A stretch of DNA of 64,000 nucleotides from assembly GCA_043228905.1 (NCBI GenBank), contig JBHGNT010000006.1, positions 8,370,001 through 8,434,000 on the forward strand, written 5' to 3'. This DNA comes from Azolla caroliniana. Taxonomy: Eukaryota > Plantae > Polypodiophyta. Below are positions 38,790-51,500 of this stretch, one piece after another; within the stretch, counting starts at the first letter, position 1; every line of letters begins with the position of its first letter. Below the pieces are notes generated by a model. The model saw only the letters and a program-made list of their open reading frames with translations, was not told the origin of the DNA and made no database searches. The translations under genes and the position numbers were made by a program.

Positions 38790-41700
38790 TGTCGTGAAGA
38801 ATTTCGGCAACGGTGTGAAAATCGCGTGGAATCGAGAAGGTGCAATGTGCACACGAATGAAAGGGGTGATGGTTACACTCATACGTTAGCATGTTGTAAA
38901 TATAAATGTAATGAGAACACCTAAAGCCTATTTGCATTTTCAAGCATAAGAAGGGGTGCAAGTATTGAACCTTGCACCTCCAAGATAAAAGACAACTGAC
39001 TTACCATTAGGCTAAGTTATTTCTTTAGATTATCATTATGTTTTTCACATATGAATGCCTATACATGAGAGCTTGGATGAGGTACATGGTCATCATGCAT
39101 CACATGTGATGCATGAGCGCCAAATGGCAATCATGCCTCGCATGCATTTCATGCATTGTATGCATGTCTTACACCCTCACATGCACATATGCATGGGGGC
39201 ATCTATGTAAGGGGAATCAATCTATGTATCAATCAAGTTATGTATTGAATCAACATCTAATATTAAAAAACCTACTTATCTTATTGGTGACTTGTCTTGT
39301 TTCTCAACATTGATGTCAAGGGTTCTAACCCGGAATTGGAATTTCCATCCATCTATCTATTTATCTTAAACACTTCCTCAATTCTCGTCTCTCTCTCTCT
39401 CACACACACACATAGCCACACTAGTGCGTCACTTCGGCTACTACAATTTCATTTCGTGTGGTCATTCACTCTATCTCTGGAATTCTCGTCAAGAGGGAAA
39501 TAACACCGTCAAAGATCATTTCGCCATCGTTGTCGCCCGCTAAACGTTGCACACCACCACATTAACGCTGCCTACACATCAATCCACCGCACCGCTGATT
39601 CTAGTTCGGGTGCGTCTTCGACAACAAAGAACAATAAAAATTCATCTCCTCCATAACCACTAGCGGATAGAGGCTCGGTGCTTGTCCGCGCCTATGTAAC
39701 ACGCGACATCTATTTGGTGAACCCGACGTGAACAACACAAGTTGGTAATGGGGGCATCGCAAATGATGGATGTGATCTTGGATGCATACGACTTAGAGGA
39801 GTCGATAAGAATAGAAGGTGGTCTGAGGCTCATAATGCTTCCATTTGTAAGGAAGGCCATCAAAATGATGTTTCATGATGATAAGGATAGAGCGTTGGAG
39901 TATCTCAAGTTGGCAAGGCAAGTCGAAAGACTATATCCAGAAATTCCGGATTGGTACGAAGCGGTTCTAACGTCAAGATTCGGGCCTCAACCTTTTTATG
40001 GTTTGCTCGACGGTGGCGACGATGAAGATGATCGAGATCGGCGTAGTTGTGGTTGTGATGAGACATGTGATGAAGAACAAGGCTTTGAAGAGAGAGATCG
40101 AGATCGACATTCCTATGGTCGTTACGAGGATCGTTGCAAACTCAACAAAGGAGAAACATGTGACGAAGAACGTGGACTCAAGAGGGAAGATCGAGAAGGA
40201 TGCAATAATGAAGAGACATGGAACGAAGAACATGTGTTCGAGGGGATTGGCCAAGATACTCAAGGATGTGATCGTGAAGAGACGTGCCACAAAGAATGTG
40301 GGTTCAAGGGAAAAGACCAAGATACTCAAATATGTGGTCGTGAAGAGACAGGTGACAAAGAACGTGGGATGGAGTGGAAGGACCAAGATACTCAAGGATG
40401 CAATCTTGAAGAGAGATGTGACGAAGAACGTGGACTCAAGAGGGAAGATCAAGAAGGATGTGATAATGAAGAGACATGGAACGAAGAACATGCGTTCGAG
40501 GGGAAAGACCAAGATACTCAAGGATGCAGTCATGAAGAGACATGTGACAAAGAACGTGGGCTTGAGGAGAAAGATCAAGATCTACATGGTTATGACAAAG
40601 ACAAAGATCATTATAAACTCACAAAGAGTGCTCGAGATATACAAGGTTATGATCGTGACAAAGATTACTGTAAACACAAGAGGAGTCAATGTCGAGCTCT
40701 TCATGGTTGTGCTAATGAAAAAGCACTTGACGAAAGTCATGATGGTGAATGTAGTTGGGATCAAGACTCTCATGGTTTAGATTTTGATGACAAGTATGAT
40801 AGGTTTAATGAGAGCCACAAACAAGAGAAGAAGTTAGGAAGAGACTAAAACTTTACATTTAAACGTAATGACAGTGATGATAATAACGATACACATGATT
40901 TAGGGCTTGATGATAGTAAGGAAGAGTGTATTATTGAGGGTGAGAATGAGTGCCATGAGAAGAATGAGGGTTATGATGATAAAAAGTTGTGCACTTTCTG
41001 TGGATATGGTTATAATAAGGGTAATGATGAGAGTGAGAGTGACGAAGAGGAATTGTGTGTTTTAGGTTGCATTGGGTTTCTTCGGGATAGATTTTATAAG
41101 AGTTTCACTAGATCAAATGGTGACATTCATGAGGGCATCCATTATGAAAATAGAATAGGGATTTGTGATGATGAGGACGTTCTACAAAAATATGTACATG
41201 ATGATGTGGGGTTACATAATGATCACATGGGTATAAGTAAGGAAAATCTAGAAAATGTTATTTGGGACATGTCTAATGATGATGTTGATGTTGTGAGTAT
41301 GTGTGGGAAGGATAGGAGTAATATTGAGGATAATCTAGAAAATGCTATGATGGTTTGGGATGTGTATAATGATAAAGTTGGTGTTGTGAGGGTGTGTAGG
41401 AAGGATGAGTTTAGGGTAGATGATATTGAATATGATGGTTATCTCGTGATAAATGATTTGGTGATTAAAGATATACTTAACTCAAAGGATGATGATGATG
41501 TAAGTACAATTAACATTGAGGTTGGTATCGAAGAAGATGATATTGTGTTAAAATGGACGGTTATTACTTATAAAGAAGAAAGGAAAGAAGTGATTATGAG
41601 GACTACCCATGGGAAGGAAGGGAAAGATGCATCAAGATGGTGGGATGTCCAACTAAACAGAGGAGGTTGTATTGCTAACATTTCCATCTCCCATCTCAAA

Positions 41701-42860
41701 GAAAAAGATTGGCTAATTAGAAGAACCACTCGGTTTTTAGATTCGGTTCGACAAGACACATCAACCGCGCTCCAAGAGGATCAAAGAAGGAGGTCATGTA
41801 TTGGTCTACAAACAGCTTTGGCAACCAACATAGGACGACAATAAAGTTCTCAAGAAGGTGGTTCAGATCATATGTGGAGCTAGACGGATCAAGGTTGGCC
41901 ATACCCATTACAAGGAAAAGATCTTCCAGAAAAGACAAGTTGAGGGTTCCGAGCTCGATGGCCTCAACAATGAAGATAGTAAAGCAGAACCCACAAACGT
42001 GAGCGAGGTCAACGAGGATGTGGAAGAATCTCACACCGTAGCCGAAATCTCACACTCTTTTCTTGGCACGTACCAAAGGGCGTGCGGTTTGGTGGGGGTG
42101 GATGTCGTGAAGATTTTCGGCAACGGTGTGAAAATCGTGTGGAATCGAGAAGGTGTAATGTGCACACGAATGAAAGGGGTGATGGTTACACTCATACGTT
42201 AGCATGTTGTAAATATAAATGTAATGAGAACACCTAAAGCCTATTTGCATTTTCAAGCATACGAAGGGGGTGCAAGTATTGAACCTTGCACCTCCAAGAT
42301 AAAAGACAACTGACTTACCATTAGGTTAAGTTATTTCTTTATTAAAATTATGTTTTTCACATATGAATGCTCATACATGAGAGCTTGGATGAGGTACATG
42401 GTCATCATGCATCACATGTGATGCATGAGCGCCAAATGGCAATCATGCCTCGCATGCATTTCATGCATTGTATGCATGTCTTACAACCTCACGTGCACAT
42501 ATGGGGCATCTATATAAGGGGAATCAATCTATGTATCAATCAAGCTATGTATTGAATCGACATCTTAATATTAAAAAACCTACTTATCTTATTGGTGACT
42601 TGTCTTGTTTCTCAACATTGATGTCAAGGGTTCAAACCTGGAATTGGAATTTCCATCCATCTATCTATTTATCTTAAACACTTCCTCAATTCTTGTCTCT
42701 CTCTCACACACACACACATAGCCACATTAGTGCGTCACTTCGGCTACTACAATTTCATTTCGTGTGGTCATTCACTCTATCTCTGGAATTCTCGTCAAGA
42801 GGGAAATAAACCAGCAAAGATCATTTCACTGTCATTGTCGCCCGCTAAACGTTGCACACC
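38790..42860 (+). mobile_element. Family-X-related non-autonomous LTR element with two LTRs and a repetitive internal ORF
   Basis: Direct repeats of about 760 bp start TGTCGTGAAGA at 38790 and 42103. G-rich tract precedes 42103; PBS-like CA-AGT-TGGTAATGGGGGC at about 39738-39755. The second LTR is truncated at 42860. Confidence 0.82.
39748..41844 (+). pseudogene. About 700-codon Asp/Glu/Cys-rich tandem-repeat ORF with one in-frame TAA (40846-40848), function unknown
   Basis: ORFs 39742-40848 and 40987-41844 share a frame and the gap between them is open. About 22-aa units EETCDKERGxEGKDQDTQGC. A gypsy integrase-tail remnant follows (KFSRRWF..ELDGSRL). Confidence 0.6.
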
Positions 42861-43720
42861 GGTCTTGCTGGATCTCCTCGGCCGCCTAATGGTAGGCCTC
42901 CAGCTTCAGTAGTCTCTCGGCTAGTCTTCTCGCTCGTTTGGCAACTGAGTCGATTGTCGGTCTAGTCATCCATTCCCCGATGTTCACTGCGCTCTACAGG
43001 AATCGTGGTCGCCAAAATTGTGTTAATCTTGGGCTAGACTAGCCACTAACACAAGGTGTCCTTCTGGATCACTTCACCAAAGGGGTGGTTATGGGGTTAA
43101 TGCTTCCGATACAGATATAATGTTATCCTACTGATCCCGTATCGGTTCCGGATTAACAACATACACGAATTGATTACACGCGTAAGATATGACAATAAGC
43201 ATAAAACGGAAAGTAAGTAGATATGCAATAATCTTAAAGCCAACTTTACTTATATTAATTCCATCCCTTAATACATCGTTCTTCGGATCCTTTTATAGGC
43301 ATCCGGTTCTATTTACAAAACAATGCCATATCGGCAACAAGACAGGACAAGACAAGATCCCAAATGTGGCGGTAGACACAAGACAAAGCCAAACAAGAAG
43401 CATGTCTCATAATCATGGTGAGGTTAGCTTGCAATTGGATGAGGACAATGCATTGGTTGCCAGTGATGATGAGGATGAGACCTCACAAAGCTCTTCTAAT
43501 TCATCAAATGGGTCTAAAAATGATGGAGTAGCATTGGGAAGCGATTGTTCTGATACGTGAACTGTAATATTGTATTTTACTTCAAAACGTCAAATCAGGA
43601 ATATGTATAAATATAGGTGGTAGTCAGTTTGTACATTCTTTTGTAAGTTTGGCATGTCTATTATTTAGGTATTTTTAGAAAGCCCTAAACTTTTCGAAAT
43701 GCTGAAAATCAATATATTTT

Positions 43721-44136
43721 TGTCACGGACACACCAACCGCAGACTACGACGGAGCATAGATGATAAGGCTAAGAATGTGGAATTGGAAGTGACAAGGCT
43801 AGGAACTCTAGAAGTTGTCCAAGATGAGACTATAAACTTAGGAAGCTATGGAGAGCGTGAAGACAAAGATGAAGATCAAGGAGACAATATGAGGCGAAAC
43901 GAGAATATTGTATTGATGTGTCAATGACTAGTGTTGAATCCCTTCAAAGGGACCAAGGAGGTTACAAGTATTTATACTGTGAGTTGAAGTACATGCATTA
44001 GAATATTCTTGAGAATATTTTAGAGAATATTCTAGAACCTTCTAGTTCTAGAACTTTCTAAAAACTCCTAGAACGTGAATAGATAATCTATGAAGATATA
44101 CATAATACGATTATGAACGTGGATGTGTTGGTTACA
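43721..44136 (-). mobile_element. Probable chromovirus-type solo LTR
   Basis: TGTCAC..GTTACA ends and a TTCTAGAA-rich block like 11640-11750; no clean TSD. Confidence 0.45.
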
Positions 44137-44509
44137 ATATAACACTTGACTATAATACAAGAGGTCAAGAATTCAAATCTTGACATAATTGTTGTCATGT
44201 CTGTGATCATTTTGGTTCAATTTTGAAAAACCTTTATGCATGCGTCGCCCCTTTTTGTAAAACGACCTATTTTGTGCCTTTTTTTGACAGAGTGTTCTCA
44301 AAATGCAACATATTACCTGTTTCAAATGTCTCGGTGTTTTTTTGTTTTGCAATAAAAAAGGACCAAAATAACAATTTGATGATCGGACACGGAACATATG
44401 AACTAGGGAATTTATTTGGTCATGCCAAAAGATGAACCAGTAGGACAATGCTATCATGCGCATAGACTGGGAAATCACATGTGAAAAAGAAATAAACAAA
44501 TATATTTTT

Positions 44510-44792
44510 GGGAAAAGTACCAGGATACCCCTGGAAGTTCGTCTATTTACTAGAATGCCCCTAGAAGTTCCAAATTTACCAAACTACCCCTATGTCCAAA
44601 AAATTACACTTTATAAAGTAATTATAAAGTCAAATCTACAAGCCCTATTTACCAAAGATGGAAGAAATGGACCCGAACTAGCCCTATTTACCAAATATTT
44701 GAGTGTATAATTACTTTATAAAGTGTAATTTTTTGGACATAGGGGCAGTTTAGTAAATTTGGAACTTCTAGGGGTATCTTGGTACTTTTCCC
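44510..44792. mobile_element. Mutator-like MITE (283 bp)
   Basis: Long TIRs GGGAAAAGTACCA..TGGTACTTTTCCC; perfect 9-bp TSD TATATTTTT at 44501-44509 and 44793-44801. Confidence 0.93.
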
Positions 44793-46932
44793 TATATTTT
44801 TCTAAAAATTTGGACACTAATCAAGGCTCAAAGTCCTTCTCAATCCCTTTGCTCAAGGGTGGTGGGGTGTATCGGCGCCCTTCTTTCTCTCTCTTTCTCT
44901 TATCTACCTGTCATTTGTTTCCTTATAGTTATTTCATGCTTACATTATGAATAATCTCTAACACTTAAAGTAATGCATCACTAACCACAATGTGATTGCA
45001 GTCATCGAGCAAACACATTGTGGCGTAGGCAGAACATATGAATATGTCAAACATTGCAATGAATGCCAAATTATGAGATAAACACTCATGAAAGGTGGAT
45101 TTCAATACCTTACACCCCGTAGCGGCATGGTAACCCTTTGAAAAATGAGGCATCAATTTCATCAGCCTAATCAGTTCAACTTCTACTATATCATCACCGC
45201 GACTTATTACACTACAAAATGACTGAAGCAAAAGAATGTCAAACCGCAATCGCACAAGCAACCACTAAGTTCCTATTGATAAATTAGTATGTATACTTTT
45301 GTTTATCTCCTACAATATCAACTTTAAGATTAATTTTCCAAAGTAGCCTTCTCATAATAATGGACTCCCTCCTTATGTCAAAGCAGATGCACAGGTGATC
45401 GAGATATCCAAATACCTTATTGTTGGACTTAGATTCTTCTTGCATATGGATAAAATCGAAAAACAAGCAATAAGAACTTTGAGTATTGCTTCACAACTTG
45501 GAAATCATTAGAGAGACCCATGACCATACCAATGTTTCTTCTTACATAACAAATCTTAACAAAATTAATGAAAGTCAAATTACCAACAATCTTGAGGATG
45601 GATCACAATTCCTACAAGCTTTGAGAACATTTGCGGTTAGCTCATTCTACCTGTCTATATTGACAATAAAAGAATGGGAGAAGCATGTACGTTCATTATA
45701 CTAAAGATATATGGAGGTACATCTATGTATCCTTGTATACATAAATATTTATGTCTTTATCAATAAGTGAATTTCTCTAAGAGAAAATGTAAGTGTTTCT
45801 CTAGTTCTAGATACATTAATGATTTTTTTAACACACTTCAAATTCCCTGAATTTTGCACAAAAGAAGACCAACAACTCACACACATGACAAAACATTCCA
45901 TAACTCCTACTCGGAGTGGTGTGATTTGCACGCAAAAAAGAATACACATGCTAATGATAAAGTCTATATGAATGATTGTAAATAAAACAAAAGAAGAAGA
46001 AGAATAGTTGTTGAAGGATTTATGCTCATTGGTACCTCCCTCCATGAAAAGAGTAAACGTAAGGGGACAAGAATAGGAGAATTGTAAAGGATGGGGTCTA
46101 TGCTAATCAATGGATGTCATAATCAAAAGAAATTTCTACATACATCCTATTGCACAATTCATGATTCAAAATTGAACCTTACAGACTAAATTTACTACAT
46201 TTGACACGCGTAGATGTTTGGAAAAACAACATGACACTATTGTAGTTATGGAGCTACAAAACGGAGCACACAATCATCCAATAAAGGCACGATAGAAGAA
46301 ACATTGTCTAACACATAGATGTGGCAATATGAAGCATTCAACCACACATCATACATGTGATCCTAAATTCAAGAGAAGCTTTCCTTAAAAACCAATGAAG
46401 CTTTAGTTGTGGCATGGGATATTGGGGCCCATGTACATATGAAAAGAGATGACCACCACCACCATTGTAATAGCTAGGGAATCCTACTATGCTACGATTA
46501 CGAATAATTCATCGGGTACATACATCATGCAGTGTGCAAACAAAGAGGTAAGCAAGGGTGGATGGATTCAATATGGGGGAAAGTGATCGTTTCATGTGCA
46601 CTTTCTAGTGTTGTGTTCGTTCACTTGCGAAACCGGACAAAGTGGGCTTCAGGAAAGGGAATATTGATTTTATAGGAATCACGAACACCGAGTTTCAGTA
46701 AGCAACGACCATAACAATGGGGCGGTCGGTAGGTCGGGCTCATTTTGGTGAAGACTAATAATAATTTAGATATAAAGGAGATATTTTTCTTCTAGTCTCT
46801 CCTTCTCCTTCTTTCTTAAGTAAAATAATTAAACAAAGAGCATAAATCCTCCCTAAGTAAGTGGTTTTTTCATTTATTTTGTGTAATTTAATTTGTTTTC
46901 CCCTATATTTTTGCTTTGTTAGGAGCGGTTGG

Positions 46933-47100
46933 GGAGAGAGAGAGAGAGAGAGAGAGAGAGTAGCCGTTGACCGGGCACACAAAAAAAAACAACAAAAGCA
47001 AATGAAAGGCGCTTTGCGTGAAGCCCAAGGCTCTTGACCGGCACGTGCCGGTGAGCCCACTAGCCGTCTACTTTCACGGCCGGTAGCTGACGGCGCCGTC

Positions 47101-47142
<42 letters not shown>
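46933..47142. repeat. (GA)n and (CT)n microsatellites around the SRO promoter / transcription start
   Basis: GA run at about 46933-46960 and CT run at about 47104-47142. Confidence 0.85.
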
Positions 47143-47146
<4 letters not shown>

Positions 47147-47236
47147 TTCTCTCTGCTTTTCTGGTTTTGTTCTGCTTTGTTTTTGTCCGCTGTGCTCTCT
47201 TCCTCTCACAGTGAAGATCCGCGCCATCGCCAGAAC

Positions 47237-48445
47237 ATGATGCGGACGACCTCCTCTTCCCTCTCTCACTATGAAGACCCTACCCTCCTTCGTCTCGGTG
47301 CTTTGTACAGGATCGTCCGCTCTGTTCATTTCTTCGCACCATCTTGCCCCCTCAAGGTACCTTTTTTCCTTTTTACTTCTTCTTCTTCCTCTTCTCTATG
47401 CCCTACGATTTCCGAGTTTTCTGGTTTCTGTTGTTTCCATTCTTCCCCGAGACAGTCCCTAGATTCACCGTACCTTACACCCTTTTCTGGTGCTCAGATT
47501 GGAAGATGTTAATCTATTTTGAGTAAAAATTGACATATTTTTGGCTAAGATCGGGAAATTTCTGGGGTTTCTCATTCTGTGCTGTGCTAGTTTAGAGACA
47601 ATTAAGCAGAAGTTAGAATTTTGGGCATATCTGATTGGCTTTTATCAGACATGTCACATGATTTAGAGTATACAGATTTAAAGGTAACTACAGTTGAAAT
47701 TTAGGGGGTTTGAGAAATACCTAATCTGTTTTACCAGACATCATTCGGGGTTTTTGAACATAAGTTAAGGTTTCACTCTTGTGTAAAACAAAAGAAAGTT
47801 GAAATTTATGATTTGAACAGTACCTTATTGGCTTTTTAAAAGATAATACATCACTTTGGACATGTTTAAGGGAAAATATAGTTGGAATTTATGGTTTTGA
47901 AAATACCTTATTGGCTTTTCCAGAAATGCTTTGAGGGAAGACTTAGTTGAGTTTTAGGGATTTGGGCATGCATGATTGGATTCATCAACATTATTTAGGG
48001 TTTTTATGCGCTGGTTGAACTTTATCAGAACATGTAAATCATTGAAAATTTAGGATTCTGGGCATCTTTGCCAGACCTGTTTGAAGGACAAACTAATTCA
48101 AATTTAGGGCTGAACTTTGCCAGAATTGTTTTAGGGATTTGGACATGTTATAAGTAAAACTCTAATTGAAATTTAGAGTCACTTATTAGCATTATTAGGC
48201 ATGATTTAAGGTTTTGTTCGAGGAGAAATTAGATTAAAAATTAAATGGTTTTGAGCAAGTTTAAGGGAAAAATCAGTTGAAGTATTGTTGTGGACGTGTT
48301 CAAGGGAAAAATCAGTTGAATTTATCATGAATACCCATTGATGCACCACAAATCAGTGTCTCTGTTTGGTTTGATCATACTTGGATACTTGTTCTTCTTG
48401 CAGGATGATTCAACTATTCTCCCATCACTACCTGGGGAACTGTAA
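47237..48445 (+). promoter_or_regulatory. Candidate spliced 53-aa upstream ORF in the SRO 5' leader (47237-47356 + 48404-48445)
   Basis: ATG at 47237, 40 codons to AAG|gtacc, acceptor ttgcag|GAT, then 13 codons and TAA ending 74 nt before the main ATG. Confidence 0.5.
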
Positions 48446-48519
48446 ACTCATGTAACTATAGCTATATTCTTTTTTTGGTCCACGGCACGTCATTCTGTAA
48501 AGCGTAACTGTAGAGAGAG

Positions 48520-51500
48520 ATGGACATGATTGAGAAGAATTATGTCGGTATAACCACCACCTTTAAAAGGAAAAGAGTTCAAGAAGCTTCCTCAGAAAAG
48601 ATACTAGAATCAGTTTGGGACAACTCTACAAAAGTATCAATAGACCTGGAGAACCAAACTAGTTGTGGAACTGGAACCTGTGGATCTGTTCCTCAAGAGG
48701 AATCACGCCAGTCAGAGCTGCTTGAGAGCAAACAAAGCAAAGAATCCCATTTACAAGAGTGTAAGAGGCCAAAGTTTACCATAGCAAAGATCAAAGGATC
48801 CGTGAACTATGAACATTTTTCAGCCCAACTCTTTGATTGGCCTTTTAAATTCTCATTAAGGAATGCTTGTAATTTCCACAAGAGCGGACCACCTTCCCGG
48901 ATGATGTTTTATGATCGTGGTGAATGGAAAGACTTCTCTGAAGTTGCAAATGCAACTCTTTGTGAGAGCTTTACTAGTGGAAAAACATCTGCTGAGCTTT
49001 TGATTGATGGGAAGAGATACTTTGTCAACTTTTTGCAAATGTTGCAACTGAATGTCATTTCGGGATATCTGCGATCTGTTGCTTGGTTAGATGTTAATGG
49101 CAAATGCTTCTTTCCATATAAATGCATAGAAGGTGCTGGCAACCATTTGCTCTCTCAGTTCTTGGACACTTCAGATAATAACCATCTTTTGCTTTCGAAA
49201 GATTGTGCCAAGACTTGCTTGAAGAGCAGCATGGATTCCTACAAGGATGGATTAATCACTTTTTGCACAGATTTGTCGAACTCACCTTGTGAAACTACAT
49301 CAGCTGAAGCAGCATTGGGATTGCCTGCTGATGGGGAGGCTCCAATTGGTCATGATTTCTCCCTATTAGGAGACAAACTTATCAAGTTAAATGAAGCTGA
49401 TAATGAATTCTCGTCAGTGAGAAACATGTTTTATACAGGTCTTGGGATGCTTGCCACATATACAACCATTAGTGGCATATACAAAGATTGCCATAAAAGC
49501 ATGTCTGGGCAAGCAAGGCTCCAAGCATTCAAAAGGCAAGAGGAAATTACAAGCATGGCTCGACAAGGTAATGCAAATATTAAGTATGCTTGGCATGGTA
49601 CCTCCAAGCAAGGGGTTTCTGGTATTATCTTGCATGGATTTGGGCAACCACGAGTCCCAAAAAACGGTGCTATGTACGGTGTTGGGGTCTATCTGGCTCC
49701 TGAAGATTACTCACATGTCAGGTATATTTGTTTTGTGGTTTGCACTCTGTCCCCCATACGCATCTCATTCTACCTATTCATATGACCAAATGTTTCCTTA
49801 GCTACAAGACTGCCTAGAAATATGTGTAAGATAGACCATCTGAGCTTAGCGATGGTATCCTTATCATACTGTAACTAATCTCTTTTTTCTACACAGTATT
49901 AGATATAGAAGGGTAAGATTTCAATGGATCTGCACAAATCCTATTGGAAAAGTCTTCATTTTATTCATTGAAATCCACAGATAAGTGTTTTATCTCAATA
50001 TGACTTCAACAAAAAGTGATATGTAGGGTTTACATATTGTGAACCTCAACCCCTGGGGGTGACCTTGTGTTATTCCAGTCTCTTTGACTTGTAATCATTC
50101 TCTGTCAAATGAGGATCATACCTACTTTCATAATGGAGTATCCACATGAGTCTTGTCCACCTTCTCTGCTCAGACACTGAAAGCCAATCCCAACCATATC
50201 CCTAAGTTAGATCTCCCCTCTTGTAGAACATGAACATAATACCTACTTCATCTGTTGGCTTCTTTTTGGGCAGCGCCGTATACTCAGATGTTGACGAAAA
50301 TGGTGAGCAGCACATGGTGCTGTGCCGAGCAATAATGGGAAATATGGAACAAGTTCCCCATGGTTCTGAACAGTTCCACCCAAGCAGTGAGGAGTACGAC
50401 ACTGGCGTGGATGATATCTCAAATCCGAAGCGCTATATTATTTGGAGTACTCACATGAATACCCACGTTCTACCTGAATATATAGTCAGTTTTAAGCTAG
50501 CATCTCCATGGCATGGTGGGTGATTTGTGAGAAAAATGTGGTGATTTTCTGTTACTAGATGAGAGATTGTGTTGAGTGTAGGCTAAATCATAAGTTAGAT
50601 ACAAAACTTTCTCAGGCGTGATTGCTACATTGAGAGGGAAGCAAAGCTCTGGGAAATACTTACCAATCCCAAGATTGTCCCAGCCAGAAACTCGAGTTGG
50701 TGAGAAGAGAGGACATACGCCTGTGAAGGTAAAAGAATTTTATATGCTGTGTTTATTTGTTTATTTTTGAAAGATTTTGTGTAATTGGTTATGAGTGTCT
50801 CTTGACAACTCTTGTGTGCTCGCTCTTCCTTTTAGCATAATCTTAAAGAGGAAGGTGGTCGATCGATAAATTTACAAGAATCAGGAAATTCTGCTTTAAA
50901 TGGAGGATGCTTTGCTAAAGCACCTCGGTCTCCTTCAATGTCATTCCCAATGCTTTTCCTGAAGATGAGACCAAATCTATCACCAGAGAAAATGAATGAA
51001 TTGCAGCAATATTATCTGCAATTTAAGGTTTGCTATTACAAACAGCATTATTTTGCAAAAACAAAAAATGCATTTCAAGAAATTCGAAGTTTGAATGCTC
51101 ATTTCGTGTTTTCCTTAATTTTTGTTCAAGATAGGCTGGGAGAATGCTGAGAGAGCAACTAATTAAAGTGGTGCGACAAATAGCTGGTGATCATCTTCTG
51201 CGTGATTCGATTAAAAACATGCAAGCACAGGTATTGGATGTAATCTTGTTATTGAATTATGTGCTATCTATATGTCCTAAAGTTAATGTGCTGTCTATTT
51301 GTCCTGAAGTTAATTAACCAAAGTCTATATGATACTTCGCTGAATTCTTTGGTGTTGTTGTATATGCATAACTTCACGATTAGGGATAGTTGAGGATCCA
51401 ATTGGGCTACCAGATACAAAATGGCCACAATATAGATTTGGATACCATATGCCATAATGTAAACAACTACACTAGTAGGGATAAAATCTCAAATTCAGGC

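Larger units (their letters stand above)
20253..43378 (-). mobile_element. Ty3/gypsy non-chromovirus element Z, host of nested insertions; own sequence 20253-22278, 33955-38789 and 42861-43378
   Basis: gag-PR-RT-RH-INT on minus at 33955-38789, with sequence continuity across the copia B TSD. Tentative short 5' LTR at 43121-43378 (TGTCTACC..GGATAACA). Confidence 0.75.

Noticed and set aside
39973-40780. Hydrophobic antisense ORF and Lys/Val-rich alternative-frame ORF
   Set aside because: Shadows of the purine-rich repeat; they are open because of composition.
43380-43720. Acidic ORF tail resembling a DNA-transposase C-terminus
   Set aside because: No catalytic motif, TIR pair or TSD could be established.
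44960-46700. Short ORFs upstream of SRO
   Set aside because: No recognisable domain or consistent splice structure; probably decayed repeat sequence.
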